NCBI GenBank assembly: GCA_965237955.1
Contig: OZ250169.1
Location: 32,001 to 96,000, forward strand
DNA length: 64,000 nt
Direction of reading: 5' to 3'
DNA from: Candidatus Marinacidobacterales bacterium
GTDB lineage: Bacteria > Acidobacteriota > Vicinamibacteria > Marinacidobacterales > SMYC01
The position numbers were made by a program, and so were the translations under genes. Shown here piece after piece: positions 59,039 through 64,000 of the stretch (within the stretch, counting starts at the first letter, position 1; every line of letters begins with the position of its first letter). The notes beneath the pieces are model-generated. The model was not told the DNA's origin and ran no database searches. It saw nothing but the letters and a program-made list of their open reading frames with translations.

Positions 59039-62026
59039 TTAAAACTGGAAGCGCACTCCGAGTCTCAGGATACGGGGTGTTTCGATCGACGAGACCTGCA
59101 TGAATTGCGGTATGTCGAATTTCAGTGAGGCATAGGACAAAACTCGGTTCGTGTTGGTTACATTAAACACGTCGAGGATGAGCCCGAGCTTCATTCCGTC
59201 CCCGAACGGAAACTGCTTTTCCACTCGGAGGTCGAGGTTGTGTTTGAAGTCGAACCGGCGTAAACCCCTTGGCTCCCCAGCCACATCGATGTTGGTCTCC
59301 ACCACGATATTGGGGTTACCAAGCGGAGCCGGCCTACAACCGCCGCCGCCGCCGCTATGGCCTTTGGGTGGTGCGGAGCCCGTGCGGCAGAGTGGGAAAT
59401 GGCGCACCGTGTAGGCTCCCGGAGCGAGGTCGGCCATGAAAGGTTGGAAGATGTGGATGGGAATACCGGTCGAGCCCTGGTAGAAGCCGCTCACGAGAAT
59501 ATCGTAGGGCAACGTGTAGGTCCCCTGGAGCTTGATCTGGTGGGTAGAGTCCTGGTCCAGCGGTCCTTCCACATTGATGAGCGTATTGGGGTTGTCGTAG
59601 ACAAAGTTTTGGAACGTGGTGCCGGTGAAGTTATTGCCGATGTTGCCGTAGCTGTCCAAGTAGTTGTACGCGGCCAGGAATTGCCAGCCGTCACTGAAGC
59701 GCTTCTGTGCGACAATCTCCAATACGTTGTAGTTTCGGAAAAGTTCCACCCCTGCAAAGGTGGGGTTCGTCATGAATACGACGGTCTGGGCCCCCCGGAA
59801 TTCCGGTTTCAGGGCAAAGATGGTGAGGGGCGAGCCGTCGATTTGGTTGATCACGTCAATCGGGCGGTAATCATTAAACGGGTTTTGTTGGTCTCCTGTT
59901 GTCCGCTTTCTAACCGTATCAAAGAGGTTCTTCTCGCGCTTGAAGATTCCTGCCACAGAGACGACGAAGTCGTTCGTCAACTCATGCTCGAGCTTGATGT
60001 TAAACGAATCTATCCAGGAATTTTCCAAGTCGGGGTCGATGACGTCGTCAAAATCTCTAACAGCGGGGTTCAAGATACGTGAGATAAGCAGTCCCTGCTC
60101 ACCGTCCTGGAATACGAGGTCACCATTCAGGTCGTTCCATTCGTACGTTTCGCTTCCTCCGATTTCGGGTACGGCGACCATGTGGTCCTGGGTGATGAGC
60201 GAATGGTAGTATCGCGAGAAACTGAACTTGATGGAAGTCCTTCGTGCCTCACCCAGCGCATACACCAGACCCAGGCGCGGCGAGAGGTTGTTGAAGTTGA
60301 TGAGGTCGCGGGTCTCCGGGATGGTGGACACGGGGAACCAGCGGCCGCCACCCCGACTCTGCTCGGGAAGCCAGGCTTCCGAGCTCTCCCACCGGAGTCC
60401 CAGGTTCAGGGTGAGCCGATCTCCAATTGTCCATTGGTCTTGCGCAAACACTGAATAGGTGTCAATGTTCCGGGCTTGACTTGTAAGCGGCAGGTTGTCC
60501 AGGCGAACCCGGTAGGCCGCACCAAAGAGAAGTTGTTGCAGGACGTCTTCCCCACCGGGGTAGCCAAACGACCGGTCGCTGTGAGGCCGATCCAAAAAGA
60601 AGCCTGCCTTGATATCGTGTGAGCCACTCGCCATCTCGCGGAAGTGCGAGAGATTAAGGTGAACTCCCCACGTATTCCGGGCCTTCAGACGCCTTTCACC
60701 CTCGACGAGCCCCCCGAATACCAGCTGTGTACCTTGGTCCCTATAGCCGACTGTGAAGTCAGGGTTGTTGGGATAGTCATTATGGTTTCTCTTCCACATC
60801 TGCTTGTACTGTGCTTCGAAAATGGTGTCTTGGTTCACTAGATGCGTGAATTTGATATTTAGGAGGTCCCCCTGATCGTTTTGTGACCTCCAGGTCTCCG
60901 GGGCCGTGTTGTTCTGAAAACCCTGAATGTTTTCCGGAAAAAGAGTTGTGCGCTCGCTATTCCAAGAGCCGCTCAGGAGGCTGTCGCCCACCTGCCCGGT
61001 GACCTTGAAGAAGCCCTGTGTCGTCTCGCGAGTTTGTGGCTCGGTGGGGAGAACGGGTAGTTGCTCCTCCCGGTTCAGCCGACGGATACTGCCGAAGAAC
61101 CAGATAGAATCTCGCTTGATCGGTCCCCCAAAAGTTCCGCCGATCTCCTGGTCCTTGAGTACGCTCGCTTTTGCCCCGAGTTCCTCCTCTAGCTCGGGCG
61201 TGAGGTTGTCCGACTCCAAATCCTCGCCCTGGTAGTAATAGTTGAACGAGCCCGAGAGCTCGTTCCCTCCTGACTTGGTCACGACGTTGAAAACCCCACT
61301 CGAGGCCTGGCCAAACTCCGCGGGAATACCCCCGGTCGTTACTTGGATTTCCTCTATCATGTCTATCGGGATACCGAACGCGAGATGGCCGTACACGATG
61401 TCCATGGCAGCCGCTCCGTCGATGCTGAAAAAGGCCTCCCTGGGCCCGCTCCCGTGAACCGTTGTCCCCCGAAACCCGGCACCTCGCGGAGCGAGATCAG
61501 CTGATTCCTGGACGCCCGGCATCGACTCGATGAGAGCACTAGCACTGCGCCCCAGGGGGATGTTGTCGACGATATTTGTATCGATCGTGATCATCGTCTG
61601 CGAACTCTTGATGTCAACCAGTGGCGTTTCTCCGGTGACGGTAACGGTCTCCTCCACCCCGCCCGGCGACAGTGTCGCATCCACCGCGATTCGCTGCCCT
61701 GCAAACAGTATCACCTGTCGAAAGGTCATCGTTCGAAATCCTGCCAACTCGATCACCACGGTGTAGTCTTGCGACGGCTTCAGCCGCTCGACACGGTACG
61801 TACCCTGATTGGTCGTGGATCGAACCTCGGTCGCGATGTTCTGTGGACTCGAGATCGTCACCGTTGCGCCCGGGACGGCAAGCCCCTGATCGTCCACGAC
61901 CTTGCCGTAGATGATTCCGTCCACCTGCTGCGCGAAGGCCGCCCCGCCGGCCAGCAATAGGGCCAGCGGCACCGCCATCAGGGCGCGCCGTAACAGGCTC
62001 GCATGAGTCATTGCTTTAAATGTCAT
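59039..62026 (-). CDS. TonB-dependent receptor copy 3 (intact)
   Basis: Full-length paralogue of copy 1; RBS GGAGG; C-terminal Phe. Confidence 0.92.
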   Translation of the reverse strand: MTFKAMTHASLLRRALMAVPLALLLAGGAAFAQQVDGIIYGKVVDDQGLAVPGATVTISSPQNIATEVRSTTNQGTYRVERLKPSQDYTVVIELAGFRTMTFRQVILFAGQRIAVDATLSPGGVEETVTVTGETPLVDIKSSQTMITIDTNIVDNIPLGRSASALIESMPGVQESADLAPRGAGFRGTTVHGSGPREAFFSIDGAAAMDIVYGHLAFGIPIDMIEEIQVTTGGIPAEFGQASSGVFNVVTKSGGNELSGSFNYYYQGEDLESDNLTPELEEELGAKASVLKDQEIGGTFGGPIKRDSIWFFGSIRRLNREEQLPVLPTEPQTRETTQGFFKVTGQVGDSLLSGSWNSERTTLFPENIQGFQNNTAPETWRSQNDQGDLLNIKFTHLVNQDTIFEAQYKQMWKRNHNDYPNNPDFTVGYRDQGTQLVFGGLVEGERRLKARNTWGVHLNLSHFREMASGSHDIKAGFFLDRPHSDRSFGYPGGEDVLQQLLFGAAYRVRLDNLPLTSQARNIDTYSVFAQDQWTIGDRLTLNLGLRWESSEAWLPEQSRGGGRWFPVSTIPETRDLINFNNLSPRLGLVYALGEARRTSIKFSFSRYYHSLITQDHMVAVPEIGGSETYEWNDLNGDLVFQDGEQGLLISRILNPAVRDFDDVIDPDLENSWIDSFNIKLEHELTNDFVVSVAGIFKREKNLFDTVRKRTTGDQQNPFNDYRPIDVINQIDGSPLTIFALKPEFRGAQTVVFMTNPTFAGVELFRNYNVLEIVAQKRFSDGWQFLAAYNYLDSYGNIGNNFTGTTFQNFVYDNPNTLINVEGPLDQDSTHQIKLQGTYTLPYDILVSGFYQGSTGIPIHIFQPFMADLAPGAYTVRHFPLCRTGSAPPKGHSGGGGGCRPAPLGNPNIVVETNIDVAGEPRGLRRFDFKHNLDLRVEKQFPFGDGMKLGLILDVFNVTNTNRVLSYASLKFDIPQFMQVSSIETPRILRLGVRFQF

Positions 62027-62205
62027 CGTGTACCTCCACTGAATAGCCCACCCGAACTTGGGTGAGCAGACTATTTCCAAAGGATCGTGTCTTTTGACTT
62101 CTGGAAAAGGTTGAGATCGGCTAACTTGCCGCCCATATTAGCACTTGGGTTTCTGATGCGGATGGCTAGCCCCCTGAGTCCAGGCAGAATAAAATATCCA
62201 CGTAT

Positions 62206-62221
62206 TGCAAGTTAAATGCCA
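62206..62221 (-). promoter_or_regulatory. Sigma-54 promoter of TBDR copy 3
   Basis: TGGCATTTAACTTGCA on the minus strand (GG-N10-GC). Confidence 0.7.
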
Positions 62222-62479
62222 TAGTGAGTACCGAAAGTCAATCCGTAAGTAGCTGGAAATAAGTGGATTAGCAGGCCGACCCATTTTTAAAATGATCCCC
62301 ATGTTCACAAATTTGGTTTTCATCTCGCCGACCGACGATTAAGTTCGGACCCTCTCGATCAGATAATCCTCTATATGAGAATAGATTAGAGGGACTAGCG
62401 ACGGGACGACCCACGATTCAGAATCCTGGATCGGCAGATTCGGGGGATTGGATCTACTCGACGAGTCGGAAGGTCTCCC

Positions 62480-62731
62480 GCTTCCGTTCCGCCGATTGCA
62501 CAAGGTGCATGAGAGTGCGAGGTTGTCCATGGTCGTCTCTCCGCCGTGCTTTTCGGCGATCACGTGATCGACCTGATGGGTAGACGCGACAAAAATCCTG
62601 GTGCACGAGACAGTATCCGCAGCAGCCCCGAGCTCGCTCAACCATCTGACGGCGAATCGCCGCCGACGGTCGGGTCATCCACCTTGTTTCTTGAGCGTCC
62701 TCTCTTTCAGAAGACGCACCAAGTGCTCGAA
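62480..62731 (-). pseudogene. HNH endonuclease copy B (frameshifted) plus the 3' end of its partner gene
   Basis: Near-identical to 52586..52808 and retains NLALSCTLCNRR. Confidence 0.75.
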
Positions 62732-62992
62732 TTTCTAGTTCCCCGATGCGCAACTTCAAAAACCGGCTTGTGGACGCCGAGCCGCTGTTCGGCACGGAAT
62801 GCTCTGTGCTCGCTGAGGAGGGCGAGGTGGCTGCCCTTCGTGGGCTGGCAGATTGCTTGTCCAGCAAGGCGCGGGTCAACAGGTTTCGGCGAATCTACTT
62901 CCCTCGCAACCTCTTCTTGAATGATTAGCAGTAGTCACTTCCCGTTTTGCTTTCGCTTGACGGTTGACAGCGCCAGCCCTGGCGCACACAAG

Positions 62993-63027
62993 AAAAGAAC
63001 CGGGGCGCCACTACTGGCGCCCCGGTT
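62993..63027 (-). terminator. Terminator of TBDR copy 4
   Basis: Same GC hairpin plus U-tract. Confidence 0.85.
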
Positions 63028-63073
63028 TGTGTCGTCCTTCGAGACCTAGAGGTTTACGTCTTCTTTACCCTTG

Positions 63074-64000
63074 TTAAAACGAGAAGCGCACTCCGAGTCT
63101 CAGGATGCGGGGTGTTTCGATCGACGAGACCTGCAGGAATTGCGGTATGTCGAATTTCAGTGACCTATAGGACAAAACTCGGTTCGTGTTGGTTACATTA
63201 AACACGTTGAGGATGAGCCCGACCTTCATTCCGTCCCCGAACAGAATCTGCTTTTCCACTTGGAAGTCGAGGTTGTGTTTGAAGTCGAACCGGCGTAAAC
63301 CCCTTGGCTCCCCAGCCACATCGATGTTGGTCTCCACCACGATATTGGGGTTACCAAGCGGAGCCGGCCTACAACCGCCGCCGCCGCCGCTATGGCCTTT
63401 GGGTGGTGCGGAGCCCGTGCGGCAGAGTGGGAAATGGCGCACCGTGTAGGCTCCCGGAGCCAGGTCGGCCATCAAAGGTTCGAAGATGTGGATGGGAATA
63501 CCGGTCGAGCCCTGGTAGAAGCCGCTCACGAGAATATCGAAGGGCAACGTGTAGGTCCCCTGGAGCTTGATCTGGTGGGGAGCGTCCTGGTCCAGCGGTC
63601 CTTCCCCATTGGTGAACGTATTGGGGTTGTTGTAGACAAAGTTTTGGAGCGTGGTGCCGACGAAGTTATTGCCGATGTTGCCGTAGGTGTCGCTGTAGTT
63701 GTACGCGGCCAGGAGTTGCCAGCCGTCACGGAAGCGCTTCTGTGCGACAATCTCCAATACGTTGTAGTCTCGGAAAAGTTCCCCCGCAAAGGTGGGGTTC
63801 GTCAAGTGGATGACGGACTGGGCCCCCAAGAATTCCGGTTTCAGGGCAAAGATGGTCAAAGGCGAGCCGTCGATTTGGTTGACCACGTCAATCGGGCGGT
63901 AATCATTAAAAGGGTTTTGTTGGTCTCCTGTTGTCCGCCTTCTAATCGTATCAAAGAGGCCCCTCTCGCGCTTGAAGATTCCTGCCACAGAGAGGACGAA
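63074..64000 (-). CDS. TonB-dependent receptor copy 4, C-terminal part (runs off the window)
   Basis: Paralogous barrel C-terminus ending GVRFSF. Confidence 0.9.
   Translation of the reverse strand, partial: FVLSVAGIFKRERGLFDTIRRRTTGDQQNPFNDYRPIDVVNQIDGSPLTIFALKPEFLGAQSVIHLTNPTFAGELFRDYNVLEIVAQKRFRDGWQLLAAYNYSDTYGNIGNNFVGTTLQNFVYNNPNTFTNGEGPLDQDAPHQIKLQGTYTLPFDILVSGFYQGSTGIPIHIFEPLMADLAPGAYTVRHFPLCRTGSAPPKGHSGGGGGCRPAPLGNPNIVVETNIDVAGEPRGLRRFDFKHNLDFQVEKQILFGDGMKVGLILNVFNVTNTNRVLSYRSLKFDIPQFLQVSSIETPRILRLGVRFSF

Overview
GC-rich (roughly 60% by eye) accessory region of a diderm bacterium. The gene content (Oar-type TonB-dependent receptors, VPS10/BNR propeller proteins, NHL lipoproteins, Tat-exported PLP enzyme) suggests Acidobacteriota, but that is inference. 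It has three layers. (1) A run of mostly exported amide/peptide/glycan-processing enzymes: DapA-family aldolase, amidase with a small Tat partner, SelA/DgaE-like enzyme, M28 and S9 peptidases, creatininase-like protein, GH2, multicopper oxidase and amidohydrolase. (2) Recently duplicated single-gene units that have diverged mainly at amino-acid-changing positions: four TonB-dependent receptor (TBDR) paralogues sharing a leader with a sigma-54 promoter and a 3' terminator block, two NHL lipoproteins, two close VPS10 proteins and two low-GC HEXXH peptidases. (3) Heavy mobile-element traffic: IS256 x2, ISL3, IS3 x4, IS21 plus an IS21-like remnant, IS5 remnants, a 125-bp MITE, and an ORF-less group II intron in an IS5 transposase gene with intact exon-binding pairing. 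Several insertions are nested. The best candidates for new biology are the recombining, hypervariable TBDR unit family and the miniature group II intron. Some single-base frameshifts could be sequencing errors rather than true pseudogenisation.
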